Assembly (NCBI RefSeq): GCF_964204865.1
Contig: NC_135251.1
Location: 11,222,001 to 11,286,000, forward strand
Source: Styela clava
Taxonomy: Eukaryota
DNA length: 64,000 bases
Direction of reading: 5' to 3'
In this document: piece after piece, positions 38,044 to 53,000 of the stretch
Layout of the letters: the number at the start of each line of letters is the position of its first letter
Position numbering within the stretch: the stretch's first letter is position 1
Notes under the pieces: model-generated
Seen by the model: only the letters and a program-made list of their open reading frames with translations
The model's database searches: none
What the model was told of the DNA's origin: nothing
Made by a program: the position numbers and the translations under genes

Positions 38044-41000
38044 GCTACAACAAAAATAGTATAAAGAAACAATCATTCTATCGATGCGAATTAATGGAGG
38101 TGTTAAATCGGGCAGTAGATTTAGACAATATGTAACTGGCAACTAAAATATTTTCATAACATAGCATTTGGCTAATTACCCGTGAATATGTTTCACGTGA
38201 AATATTCATCTCTCTTTCAATTATGTCGCCTACGAATTCTTGTTTGAGACTGATCGTCATATTCCTTATCGTTATATCATCCTCACTTGATTCGGGCCAG
38301 TACTGTGCGCATTGTTCCTATAATTGAATAATCGCAATAATTTACATGTTACTAGGAAGGTCATTATTGATATATATATACATTTCGTGAGAATATCACG
38401 ACGTGCTGTTAACAGTCCATGATTTCATTCAGCAGTTGTTTAGTTATTTATTTAATCTCTACTGACATTACCCTTTAAATGAGAGTCAAAGTAGTAAAAA
38501 CATTAATAAAATTTATCTTTTTTAGCGAATGTTTTGTTATTGTGTTGAAGTGGTAAATTGACGCAAATGCTTCTCTTCTCGCATTTTATGAAATATTATA
38601 GTAGCAGATAAATCAATAATACCTTTTTATCATTTGTGCACTTCGTCAGCATTATGATAGTATTAATACTATTATCAATAATACATCTCCAAAAATATTC
38701 GATGGATGATTTCATTGGTCCTTGCGTAGCAAACATTCTTGTGGTATCATACGTCTGAAAACAAGTGAAAGCTTATGGATAACAGTATTATTATCGGTTA
38801 ATGTCAAAAATAATTTTAAACTAATTACGATTTAGTTGATTCAGTCCACACAAAAAATTATTATTCTAAAGAGTTCTGCAGGCAAAATGCAAACTATTGA
38901 ACTGTATTCGGTTGGCTAGCTAAATTATTTTATCCATATAATCATATATACCGTTTTCATTTAAACCTACCAACCAATAATCAGACTATGTGTTTAACGA
39001 ACCTCGATTACAGATGCGTTTATATAAGGCACATCAATTTCGTTCACTTGCTTGAGTATGATGACACGATTTCGTTCATCTAATAACATAAAATAAAAAT
39101 AACAATCTTTTATTTTCACTTCAATCTATATTTCATTACACCCAACGTTTAATAAAACAGACATGTCTGCACTTCTCTCTGTAGGTTTGTGGTATAGAAA
39201 AATAACGATTGTATGAAACTTCAGGTAAATTTGATGAGACGACGTCTTGGTACCTTTCTTGGGACCCAGAGCCTAGTATCGGCAAAATGAATTTGTTGAC
39301 TTTAATAACATTGCCATGACTGGTCTTCAGTTTGCGGTATTTTGAGAACTCTCGTTTTTCGTGTTTTCTTATTAAAACACAACTGATTATGTCAAAACAT
39401 GTTGAATTTTGGTAAATAAAAGTTTGCATCAAATTGTGAACAAAATTTGACAATGATTAGTCGTTGCATTAACTTCAGATTTTGGAGAAGACTTTGACCA
39501 CTTTAACTATATATATAGCTGGCACTCACATGGCACAATCTCTTTGCATCTGTTCATCGCACGATTCCTAGACGTGTCGCCATGTTTGGTCTGATTTATT
39601 GGGCCGACCAACGAGAGGTTTTTGAACTCTTTCTCCAACCTTTCAACGATTTCTGGTTTACTAAGTAGGAAATGGCATGATTTAATCAGCTGCTTTATGC
39701 CTAGGTACGGTCCTAATTTTTTTTATTCGAAATACGAAATAGTAAACAAAATTAATTTTTGTTTATCTGGTACACATAAGTGGATTTTGAGAAAAATTCA
39801 AAGAGCGAGGTTTCAGAATTTACAATATACACCGCATAAACCTTTAAATTAATATAATCGTTTTTAAAAAATAGAATGTACAACATGAAAGATCGAGGCA
39901 TAATTTTAACTCTCACTTTTCCATAACCTTTGACACGGAATCTTGATCAATATCTGTTTCTTTCATCAAATACCATTCCAAAAGTAGTTTGTGAACGAGA
40001 ATGTACTGATCCTGGTTAACAAAGGGCACAATAATGAAAATGCATTTTGTTACTGATAATAGCATTACTTGCAACTAGTTTTGCTCAGATTTGTATTGAA
40101 TTACGTATCCTGAATGTGGAAATTTGATACGATATGAAAAAGGGTTAATTTTAATTTTGCACAAATTGAAATGATATTTTTGTGAAAAGATCTAATTTGA
40201 TTGCACGAATATTAAACGGCTCAAAACTTACACAGGTCTGAACAAACTGCACGCGATATTCCCGCATTTTTAGAACGCATGCGTAGACATCAATGGAGTT
40301 CTTTGCTTCGGCTTCTTCCAGTGTATAGTCATATGCGATAAACGCGCCTGTACGTCCAGCCCCAGCACTTTTTCATAAAATAATAATTCAAATTTTTTAA
40401 AAATGACGTTAAAAAAGGTAGTTACAAACGGAAACACTATCAAGACTATTCATTTTGCGTATATTATCAGATACAGTATAAATATCGAATAAAATCATCC
40501 CTTTAGCACCCACATTTCAATCCAATATTTATGCACCAACCTGCAGTGACAAATAATAGGCGAGTTTTTGTTGGTTTTAGCGTGCTGCGACATCACTGAG
40601 TTATAAAATTTGATCAAATTTGTTGTTGTTACCGGTACTCCGTGATCAGGCCACCGGATGAAATGATATTGATAGACGGGTTTTTCCTCCTGCAGAGAAC
40701 ATTTTAATATATTGTTCGTTAACCCAAATTTAGATATTTTTTTCAGTATTTTTATCTACGAGCTAAGGTCAATCAATAAATATTTAATATGGGTAACTTA
40801 TGCCCTTTCGATTCGAAATGCAATCGAACATACATTACTTTCCGTAGTGAGAGCGAATGTACGAACTACGAAACTTCCATAAGTTGCTTCGTTTTTGTTT
40901 TCCAGTTTGACATCACCGTACATCCTTGTTACTCCTTGATCGGGCCAGTATTTTTCACATTTTGCCTAAAAAGATGAAATCTGGTTTAACCTTTTGGTAT

Positions 41001-44000
41001 TAATTTCATTTTGATTTGAAGCCGATAAGGCGCCCAGTATGGATCTCCGCCAATGCAGGGAATCTGCAAGAGAAAATTGTACCGAAAGTGCATGTTCATT
41101 TTGAGCCCTGTGCATCTGGTAGTTATTTTTGTTCGGAGGTAATCCTGTGGCTAATAATTGAAACATTTTTACTTAAATTCCCAAAGCTTTCTCAGTTTAT
41201 GGACTAACAAGACGGACGACGGAGAATTTTCTTCCTCGGAGGGTAGCATTCTCGGAATTTTAATACTCGACTTGCAGGTTGACGAAGAAATAACGAAAAA
41301 TTATGAATAAAGGAAAATTTCTTACGATCGGCATGTTTTTCCGCTGCTGCCATGGAAACGAAATATCAATTTGGACTTTAGGAGAAACGCGCATTACCAG
41401 GGAGACAGAATAACCCACGTGAGAAATGTTCAATCAAATCGGCTCAGCCAGATACATGGACAGACAATCAGAACGACTTAGCATAGAGCGGAGATCTAAT
41501 AATCACAATAAGAATGTCGCATATTGGTATACATGAGTTCTAAGTATTTTACCTTTGAAATGCGATATCAGTAATATTTATTGTATCATGTGGAAAATGT
41601 AATGCAAATGCAAACTTACTCTTCCACCCTCGATGCAATTTGTCAGCATTACAATAACTGAGACGTTCTTTTCTGTCACCATTCTCCAGAAATCATTAGC
41701 TGTGTTTGGTAAAGGTCCTTGAGATGCAATGAACTTTTGATTTTTCTTGTAACCCTGGATTCGCAATAAACCACTGTTTCAAATTTTTATCACTACACTT
41801 CCAAATTATTATAGTTTTAAAGATAGCTTTGGATAGCTAAAATGAATAGCCTATAGCTAAAAAATTTGATTTTAACACATAACGGATTTGCTTATATTTC
41901 TATACTAAAAGATTGGAATTAATTTTGGAACTTATTCCAAAAAAATGAATTGGGCCTAGTGAATGACCAAAGTTATCATTGAAATAATTTTCGTAGCTGG
42001 TCTAGACTTTGGTATAAATATAAATGATTGGTTATTTGGCGTTACTAGCGGGAAACAACTTCAATTTTCCACTTGCAGACAAAATTAGTTAATTCCAATC
42101 TACCTTAATATAGCTTGCGTTGATGTAGGTTGCATCACCCTCACCTCTAAGAATCACTCTTGAAGTATCGCCTGCAAATTAATTGTATTTGAATTTACCA
42201 AGTATTTTAGTTCTGACGGGGACAAATATGTGGAATAGAATATAATACATGTTTTCGGAAATTTGTTTTTATAATTCGTTATCATGCAATTGATACAAGG
42301 TGACTTGTCATGTGAGTCAGTTGGTGACCGTACATTTGAACCCACGTACATTTGAACCCATGTGTATATCCACGGGTTCAATCTATATGCGGGTGCTAAA
42401 ACCCATGGGTTAGGGTTAGTATGGGTTTAACTATCCGTGAAACAAAAAAAATTTCATCGGTGCAATACCATACAGGTGCAATTGTCATGGGTTCAAATGT
42501 ACGTGGGTTCAAATGTAATGGAACCGAGTCAGTTATATGTAATTAGTGTGTGTGTTTATCACGGAATTGATAGACAATGTTAATCGATTTGACCAATTTC
42601 TGACGGCCCTAAAAACGAGCAGATATAACTTTATATTTACTATAAATTATTACTATTGGTAATGTTAATTAGAATTATGAAAAACATTGTTTATGGTTTT
42701 GAATAACAAAACAAACAGCCAGCTGCGAACACCGGTAACACATAATGTTATGCCTAACGTACACGGAAGTATATTCTTGTATCTATTTTTCATTTTTAAT
42801 GCGGAGGCAGAGGCGATTTCCGTGGAGTATTCAATTGCTTTAGCTTCTTCTTTTAAAGCCTGTAATATCAACAAAAAATATTTGAGCTAACTTCCGAGAC
42901 TCGTTTTTTTATGCATTTAAACTGCGCACGGATTTTCCCAAATTTTCAATATAGGTAGGTAATTCTAGTTATTACTAAACTTATTTTGACAATTGTTGAT
43001 TGCTTCACATTTACTAAACCAGGCATTCAAACGATAAATTATATCCATATGTGGCCTGATAAATTTTAGAGTTTATTTCTTGAATATTATAGTAAACATG
43101 GTATTTTTAATAAGAAGTCCATCAATTGAACCAAACAAAATATTTAGCTTTAAATTAATCAGCAACTAGATACCTCAAATTCGTCTCTAAACTTTTGACT
43201 ATCTTTTGCTTTCATGGAGTTGTAAATAATGAGCAATTGATCCATTGGTATACTGGTGGCTGATCTAGGTTCGGTTTCGTCCATAGCAAAATTTGCATAG
43301 GCGTGGTCTGGAAATATGAATCTTTTCATTATATGGCAACATGTTACATATTTATGGCTTATTCAAAGGCGTGGCCAAGGTAAGAATTGGATTAGGTTGC
43401 TGGGTCCAATATACATTTGAGTGTTTCGTATAAAAGAATCTGAAATTCATGCGTATATACCCGTCCTCTCTCCAAGTTGTTGCATGCCTATATCAAACGA
43501 TGCTTTTTTCAACGTGTCTCTTTTCCTGTGAAAGTTGTAATGAATCACTAATATGAAAAATCAATTCCATCACCATGCGGATACTTTTTTAAAGTAGCAC
43601 TCAAGCTTCTCATTTTAACGAAGTATTGATGTTGAAGCTTTGTGGACGTTATTCAGGGTTGTATGCAGTAGTGGGATTCAGTCGGTTCGCACCGGTTCTA
43701 TAGAACCGTCTCATGGAATTTTATGAGATCAGCGAACCGGTTAGCATTACTTGTAACTCTCAATGACCTTTTGTAACAGAACCGGGTGAAAAATATGGCT
43801 TTTGTGATAGAACCGGCTGATAAAATAATTGAATCCCACCACTGGTTGTATGTTGTATTTGTTTGCAGTATATTTATTAAACGACTACTCTGATATATGC
43901 CGAAGCTATGTAAACGACGCATATCAGGTGCCTTCAATGATTTACCGCAAATCAAGGTTCGATCCATTTTAAATTCTGATCATGCTAATATTTTTGCTTG

Positions 44001-47000
44001 CTGATATCTTGCTACTGTTTGCGACTTTACTGCAGATCGTTTCCCAAAATTGATTAGATTGTTTCAATTGTTGTTGACATCCTGCGTGCGCCATAATAAT
44101 ATTTTTTTTACCCGACCTACAGCAACCACATTCGCGTGTTTTGTTATTGCACTAAGTCACAACAAATTGAATATGGAAGTATTTATATAATAATTTATAA
44201 ATATTCTTTTATCTAAAATATAGTCCACCCGTACATTTAGGCAATGTCACAGTGTATGATCTGACATGCATGTTCCATTTTCAGCTAAATTTGTTAGAAG
44301 GCATATTATTTTTGTACTACTAATCATCGCAGTTTAATGGTTTATCAAAAATTTGCTACAATATGATAATCTTTACTGAAAAATATCAACATCATATAAT
44401 AAATGTCAAAATAGTGATATAACAATATGTGTTCTTTATTTTTAATCTGTATAACAAGTGGTAAACATACTTTTTGAAAAGAATTCCGACGATTGCAGCG
44501 AGACAAATTACAGCAATAATCGCCACAACGATTGCCGCAACGTAAGAGTTTCCACCTAAATAAAATAAACCAATTACCATGTACATTATTGCTAAGTACA
44601 TCTAAAGAACTTTAATTTAGCTTCTACTTTCTTAAACAGGAACAAATTTTCCTGCACATGCTAGTTGTGTTCGTGTAACACTATATACAGTGTACCTATT
44701 TCTGTTTGATAGGTGGCATAAGGGCAATGGTATTACATGTATGAAAGTTGCCCTTCAGGTATTTCAGTCCATCTTCCAAATAAATGGAAATGAATGTACT
44801 ATGTAATAAGTAATGAGCTCATTTTCCCGGAAGCTGTTGAAATAACTTGTATTATCTAACCATTATTCTTAAATCAGGATACCTGGTTGCTCGGGGTCCG
44901 TTGGCGCTTTTTTGTAAAATAAAGTGGTATTGCTTGTTTTAAAATAAGTCTGTCCGTTCTCTCCATAAGTGGTTGTTACGATCTGTACACTGAAACAAAA
45001 AACATAATTTTGTACCATTTGGCGTGACGAATATCTATGTAGAAATTAGTAACCTACACCTTGCGTCACTGGACACACTTAGTACTAGATTATGAAACGA
45101 GATTTCGGCCTTTAGGCTATGATCTCTACTCTATTAACTCGGGAATACACAAAATTCTAATGCAAAGCAAACCCGAATGTGGCTTCGTTCTCCAGATTTC
45201 GATTATTTCCTTCAACGAATCGTATATTGCTGTCCGAACGCTTTACCCTCTTCAAATCAGAAGGAAAACTCAAGTTGCACGAACTCTTTGATTCATCTCC
45301 CAATTTTCGAGTGAATGTTTCGTTTTTATCTATCTTGCTTGCTACATCAGACCTATATTTTAAATGGATCCAATCAAATTACACATTTTAGACTCATTTG
45401 TTATATATATAACAGTGTCATGTTTTGGAAGATGTTTTAACATTTGTTTTTTAAAACGCGTTTCATTTAAAATGGCGTAGAATGACCGATCGCGAATGAA
45501 TATTACATTTTTTTTTCGGTAAATTTGGTATCTAGCGGTCGCTAATATAAATTTTCAAAAACTGAATTTTTAAGTAGAATGACTAGAAAATACCTTGTAA
45601 TAGCAATTGCGATATAAGCATCGTTGTTCATTAATTTCTTCGATTTAGCTTTCTCCATCGCGACCAACAATTGTTCATGTCTGTAATCCAAATTTGTGTG
45701 GTTGGCATCTGGCTTGTAAGTAAGAATGATGTAAAAGCAGCTGAAATACAGAATAAAATAAAATTTAGATTCAGTATACTCTCTAACTGTAAGCTTTAAA
45801 TGTTACTAAAACTGAAAAAGGTAATTTTTGAGATATACCTGACCACAAAGTCGTTGGTTAGAATGGTTTATATTGTTATGACGCCAAACTTCATGACCAT
45901 TTATTGAAAATTTACAAGTCAAGTCAATTTATTCGCCCTCCAGTACCGCAGGCGCGACATGGCGTTGTACTACTGTTTATTCCAATTTGAAAATATGACT
46001 TAAATAACGGTGCTCCCGAAGTATGCGAACCAAGATGGCGGACATCGGAACGTAACATGGATAACAGGTTAGGGTTAGGCGATAATTATTTTCCAATTTT
46101 CCTTATTTTAGTCCTATTATCAGTTCGAAGACTAGCCAAGAGCCTCCCGTAGTATTTATACCTAAAATTATGGCCTAACCCTAACCTAGTACACATATTA
46201 CATTCCGATGTCCGCCATCTTGGTTTGCATACTTCGGGAGCCCCTAAATAACATATCATCCACACTTGAGGCAATATGCTAAGTGCGTCGAACCTCGCCA
46301 CCTTTAAACACGAGTACATACATGGAAATTCGAATAAATAAAATTAGTTCTTACGTAATTGGACCGTGGGATTCATCTGGCGCAGGTATGCTAACCTCTG
46401 CTAATCCATTCGAAGGAATTTGTATTGTCGGAGGTAGTATTGATGCTGGAGCTGAATACAATATAAATAGTGATTTTATGTCGCAGTCTAGCTGTGAAGC
46501 AGAAATTCATGACAATAATTTATTATAAATTATTCCAAAGGAAATATGTCCCATCGAACTTACGCCCTTGTTCCGTGACACAGCCATTTTCTATAACTAC
46601 GGGTTGACCCAAGCCGGCGCATGTTTTAGCACGCACAGTGAATGTGTAGTTCATGTTTAATCCAACTGTAATAATTTTTGAAAAGTCATCGCTTGATGTG
46701 TCGAACTCTTCAGTCATTGACCACTGGGCGTACGTCGTTGATGCGACTTGGGCTATCTTAGCTTGCGATGTAATCTGCCAAAAGGTTAAACATGTGAATA
46801 TAGCATAAAACTATTTTTAATATATTCAGAGATCATCTGTAAAAAGATTGTAGCAGTTAAATAAAGCTTATTTGATGACAACTTGTTGTGCTTTTTATAT
46901 GCATCGTTCATTCGATTATACCTTGAATCCCGTAATTCCGTCGTTATTGTTTGCTTTCCACGAAAGGTGACACATTTTGGAGTTTTTCAACATATTAACA

Positions 47001-50000
47001 CGTAACTGATTTACTGGATAAGGAAGGGTCGCATCCGTTCGCACAGTTCTAGTTGTCACTAAAGGGTGGGTACATATATCTGGACAGACGGTGATCTGAA
47101 ATATATTTGATAAATCGTAAACCCGAAATAATCAGATACCGGAAACTGTAAATGGCGGGCGCATTTTACCTAACCTGAATTATATTTAATCAAAATACGT
47201 GATTGTTTTATATTTCATTGAATATTCACCTAAAGATATGCGTAGTTGTTAGTTGCAATGAAAATGTATGTGCTGTAAGCTTACACTGGCTGATGGTAAT
47301 CATTTGCAGTAGTCGGTGAATTTCATCGTTTTGGATAACGCCCATTCAGCTTAAATTGATGGTTGCGATGACATATTTTGTAATTGGAATATTGGATCAA
47401 CTATTTTGTCTTGTGAGGTAGGATTCGGGTATAATTGTTAGAATATATTCTGGGGTATGATGAACATTACATAGTATAAAAGTATTTTCAATAATAAGTA
47501 TTTTTTAATAATGATAAAGTTTTTTCAATAAATAATATTTAAATTATTGAAGTTTATACTGATTTACCTTCACTTGATATACTGTAGAATGTTCTAGATT
47601 TGATAGTCGTCTGTAAATATTATCTGAATTTGTTGGTATTAAAATTTCCGGACCAACCGCCTTTATCCTGTCTGCATCATCTTTTATCAGCTCCAAGCTA
47701 TAATGTTATGAATAGAATGTATGTTATCATGCGTGGTTTTGGTATCGATGCACTGAAAATAGGTTACATTTTCAACTGTTTATTCTGATACTAGTCCTAC
47801 AGATTTTTCATATGGTAGGCTATTCAATGTTGTACTACATAGTATTATCATTGTTTAGATGTTGATGTTGTACATCACCTAATCTGATCTGTCATAATCA
47901 CTGGCCAAAAATAAATTGAACAGAGTCACCGAATAAAGTATTTTATTTTTAGCCGTACGTGTGCTTGATCCCCACAGCTTCTATTGCTGGACGCCATGAC
48001 ACTGTTATGTTTGCACTGCATTGCTCCACAATAGTTGTCATCTGTGTAGGTTTTCCAATTACTGATTACGAGAACATATAAAATATGACTTTAATTTTTA
48101 ATATAAAACAGCCGACCAAATATCACGTATCTTACCGCCTCGTTGGCAAACGAATCCGTTAGATTCCGAGCAATTTGTTGCATACCATTTCCAGCTGGGA
48201 TGCCTCATTGTTACGCAGTTAGTATTCTGTTTGTTTGATTGACCTTCGGCCCAGGCCTCAAAGTTGTCATTAGAGTTATTTGAATTGGTGTCCCAGCTTA
48301 ACATAAAGTTAAAAGTAAACAATCCAAAAATGGAACGAAATAGTTAGCTATACCGTGAAAATTAAATACCTCTCATTGCGACCTTCGTTGAACATAATCT
48401 CCCCATCTATCCATCTCCAAACTCCATCATTTCTGCTCCGGTTCGCCCCGATAAATACTGAACACATGAGAATATTATTCAAATATTTAGCTTATAAATT
48501 TAAATATAAAAATTTAATATCGGGTATACTCCATAGGTGACAACATTTTCAGTAGTATATTGTCGTTGCATCTTTGGAGATTTATGCACAGGTGATAACT
48601 GTAACGTTTTTTACTAAACGTATAACGACAATTCTCTAAAAAGAACCAATTCTCAAATATGACAACGCTGAGATGATCTGTATTTATTTAAGTGGTTAAT
48701 GTGAACATTAAAGATATTTGATCTATTAACATCTCCACGAGACTTGGATTAGATCTAAAGTTTTACGAATTTGAAAAAGTGTATATTTTCGACTCACGGC
48801 TCACTGGAGTTTTTCTGTAGTCTGCTAATGATTCTATTTGTAATTGGGTTTCGTTATTATTGATTTTTGCCAGACTTCCTCCTTTATATGAGCAATGATA
48901 TTTTGCTGTTGTATAATTTGCCCTCGCACTCATGTTGCCAATCACAATGTATGTTGAATTTGATCCCACAGCAAGGTCTTTAATAATATTCAACAGTGAG
49001 GAAGTGATTATGCGAAGGGAATTCATGCATGGCATTTTTACCTCACAATATCACGAAGTATGTTTGTCCTAATATCGTATTGCATAATACTAATCAATCT
49101 TCAAGAGATTGATGCAGTACTTAATCCCAACAAGTAAGATACTATTGAACTTATTGTAGCACAAGCTTTCAAATGGTCGTAACAAACAGTGAGCTCCAAA
49201 TCTTGTCGAATTTGAGTAATTTAATATGTGCAAAGTAATATTACCAACGTTTTGGGTACATGTTCGTTTATAACATTAGTACCAACCCGTAAATTCATTT
49301 TCTTTGTAATTTAGCCATATTATATATCGTTCCTGCTGCCCCAATATTTAAAACATAATTATGACGTAGTTTTCTTATTTCAAATAAGATGAAAAACTTA
49401 CTACGATTTAAAATCATTGTTGCTGTCGACGTGTTTTCAAACGAATTGCTGGCATAGCAGGAAATGTTTGTCATCCCCAAATATTCAAAGAGTGCGATGT
49501 CTAATTTGCTTGTATTTATTGCAACATCTTGCGTCGAATTTGTTGAAGAAGTTTTAAAAATTGATCCGACTTCTTGCTTAATCGCTAGATTTGTTCCGTT
49601 TTTAGAAAACATCCAGTGAATTTTAGGAATTGGATATCCCTCAAATGCACACATAGCTGTTGCAAAGTTGTTGTTTTCACTTATATTATTACCTTTCAAT
49701 AGAATTTCGGCTGAAAATATAAAGATACAAAGATTAGTTAAAAGAATATAAAATTTTCGTGTTTTGATATTTTCACGAAGCCCGAAAGTCTAGTTTTTAT
49801 TAAATGCATCAAATTTGTAGTATTTTTTCTTGATATCAACCTCACACATGCTTCAAAGCTATGACATATTCAGGCTTGCAATAATATGCAGATGTTGAAA
49901 ACTAAGAAATATTCGAGTCATATCTGTTAAAATATTCGATTAAAATTCGAATAAAATCAACCATACAATGTAAATAATTTTAAACAGTGCAAATAATTTT

Positions 50001-53000
50001 ATAAATCAGGTTCGTCATTTAAAATAAAAACAGCATCAATTGCCTTCGGCAGAAATGCTTACCTCTCAGAATAGAAGTATTTTCATATATTTCCATACGA
50101 CCACCAACAACATTTCTTGCCACGCATGCATACACTCCTGCATCTTTTCGCAAGGCGTTTTTCAGGTGGAGTATGGCCATAGTTGACGTGTTTGATTGGA
50201 ACACAGTTTGACTAACTTCAGAAGAAACTTCTTTATTGCCTTTATACCATTTGATTTGGGGTCGAGGAACTCCCGTTGCTTCACACGTTATATTTTGCAT
50301 CGAGTTTGGAATTATCTCAGAGGATGAGCTCATATATTTAATTCGTGCAGGCGCTGCAAATTTGTGAATACTCGGTTCAAAAGGACTATTTTGTTATAAT
50401 GGACTGTCAGTAGTTTAACAAAATCGACTTTGTATGTACCCCCCAAAAAAACGTGATTGTATAACATAATTTAACACACATTAAATAACATTGTATTCAT
50501 CATAAAATATAATCATAATAGTAAAACACAAAACACCACATAAACATTTGACGAATTATATATAAATGTATATATTACCTTCGACGACGACAGTAATATT
50601 TTCCTCTCTGAAGTAACTTTCAGGATCAATTTCTGGTCTTGCGCGGAATGTGTAAATTGTTTGAAAACTTTGACTTGAAAACGGACCAAATGTGATAGAA
50701 ACATTTTTTGAAACATTACGTTTTGTTTGGAAAGAATATGAAAAATTCAAATTTTCGAAGCATTCAATTTTGATTAGTCCGTGATTGCTGCCAACATTGA
50801 GCGTTACTGTAATTCTTCTGTTTATTTCGGTAACATATTTGCGCGAAGTTGTCGTGATATTAATTCTATCTGTAAATTTAATACGAAGTATGGTTGAAAA
50901 CGAAATGAATAATATTTAGAAATTTATTTTTCCTAGCAGTTTGCTTTTCCCCGATTTCATTTCCGAATAGTTTGCCAGAAGCTGACTGTATGAAAATAGA
51001 GGTACATAGTGACATGCGACATATTTATAATGGCGTCATCTGCTGGAATAACCTAGCTTACGTATTTATAAATTAATGCCCAGGATGAAACTATGTTAAA
51101 GCAAAGGTTGTTATCGCTCCATAGTAAACATTGCTTTTAAACGTACCATTGTCACAATGTTCCCCATCATATCCGGCGTTACATATGCATTTTCTATGAC
51201 ACCCCTTAGAAATACACATTCCTCCATTTTGGCATTCAGGGTCCGATTTACATGGATCATTCACTGTAAAAATTGAAAATATCGAAGCCTGTTTTCTTAT
51301 CATGGCTGGTAAAAACTGTTCATTTCAGTAGTTGGTAATAAAGTAAATATTACCGAATATTTTGTGTCACGCGCAGTTCAATTTATATTTTCTCGAAGTT
51401 CCCTTATAAATATCACGGGTACTCTAAACCGAATGTTTACTCGGCCTCTGCTGAGAAAATAGTACATATTTTAGCGTAATTGGTTGTTTTAGATAATTGC
51501 ATGAAACGCAAATACATTCAACAAACCCATCCAAATGTTGATATTTGATATGGTATACCGATCACCACAAGCCCACAACAACAATTTTTGAATTGCGAAT
51601 AATTCAACAAATAAATACCACGGACCCGTATTGGTGGATATACTTTTTCGATAAAAAATTATTTGATAAATTTGCAATATTAATTTCAAATGATTAGAAG
51701 TATATTTTGTGATCATATACCTGCAACTTCACATACATAGCCAATATTGCTTGTTTTTGTCTTATCGAACCAGTGCAACTTGTCCCACGTACGACTCAAA
51801 TTCCCATTTATACTCTTCCAGGAGCTAAGAGCTAAAGCAATATTGCTTCCAGGCCTCCCGGTAGCCCAATTAGAGTCAGTACCCGAATTGATACTTGACC
51901 CATCAAACCAAATCCATTTTTGCTCGTTTTTATGACCGCCTATCCACAGCTCAATGAGACCAACGTTGTTATACAATGCTTGTACTTGATTTTTAACGAA
52001 ATTCTGAATTTCCTGCACTTTTAGTATTGCAAGTATTCCTTCTAATTTCCCGCAACTCTCATTTGCAGTCAGAAAATTCATTTTGTGATTGTAATTGATG
52101 TGATATTTGCAAGATCTATTTTCAAAGAACACCTCATCTGCAAAATATTTCGAAATATATCTCTTAAAGATTTGATCTATTTTAAAGTTGTGATAATAAT
52201 GTTTCGCTGCTTCATAGAATAGTGCCTTGGGATTTTTATAAGATAACGTAGCTGTATGGCTATATTTTAACAATAGTATCATTTACCTTTTTAATCTATT
52301 TCTTGAGCATCTGTGAAATGATATACATCTATATATGTTTCATTGAATTTGATATAATGCTAGTAGTAGGTTCATGAAATGAAAGCAAAGCTTTATGGAA
52401 ATGAAAGCAAACTTAGACTGACTATGTACAATAAATACCATACTTTCACATCGGGATCCGTTGTACGGAGGCAGGCACGTACAGTTGAAGAATGGAAAAT
52501 GCGTTGTTTGCATACACTGACCATTGTTTTTGCACGGCTTCGGCGTACACTGATCTAAAATTTAAATGTAATTTAGAATTATTCTAGCTCAACCCTACTT
52601 ATTGTAGTGGTACCACTGAGCTGATAACAAACAAATATTATTGGATTTTGAAATATTATCTTATTACGTTTTTTTATTACGTGATGTACTTTACCTGTTA
52701 TTTGAATTTTAGCAACAGCGTGTGTTACATGCTCATTGACAATATTAGTAGCTACGCATGCGTATTCTCCAATACTTGTTTTATCTTGTTTCACGACGTG
52801 TAATGTTGCATGATCAGAATGGTTAGTCTGATAAATGCCAGGTGTTGTCATGTTGCTGACCGTAACATTTCCTCCATACCAATTTATAACTGGCTTTGGA
52901 TAGCCCATAGCAAAGCATTTCACAGTGTTGTTTCCCGGCTTGGTGGGTATCGCCAACGTTGGAGGTTCAATGCGAACTATCGATGCATACGCTACAGATA

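Larger units (their letters stand above)
31921..39660 (-). other. PTP domain D2 (probable pseudophosphatase) and acidic C-terminal tail
   Basis: MNRCKEIVP replaces KNRY. YINAS, FATQGP and QCAQYWP are present. The WPD loop is replaced by WKADKSP, the P-loop is VHCSDGAGRTG and the Q-loop is MVQTLKQY. Confidence 0.88.
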
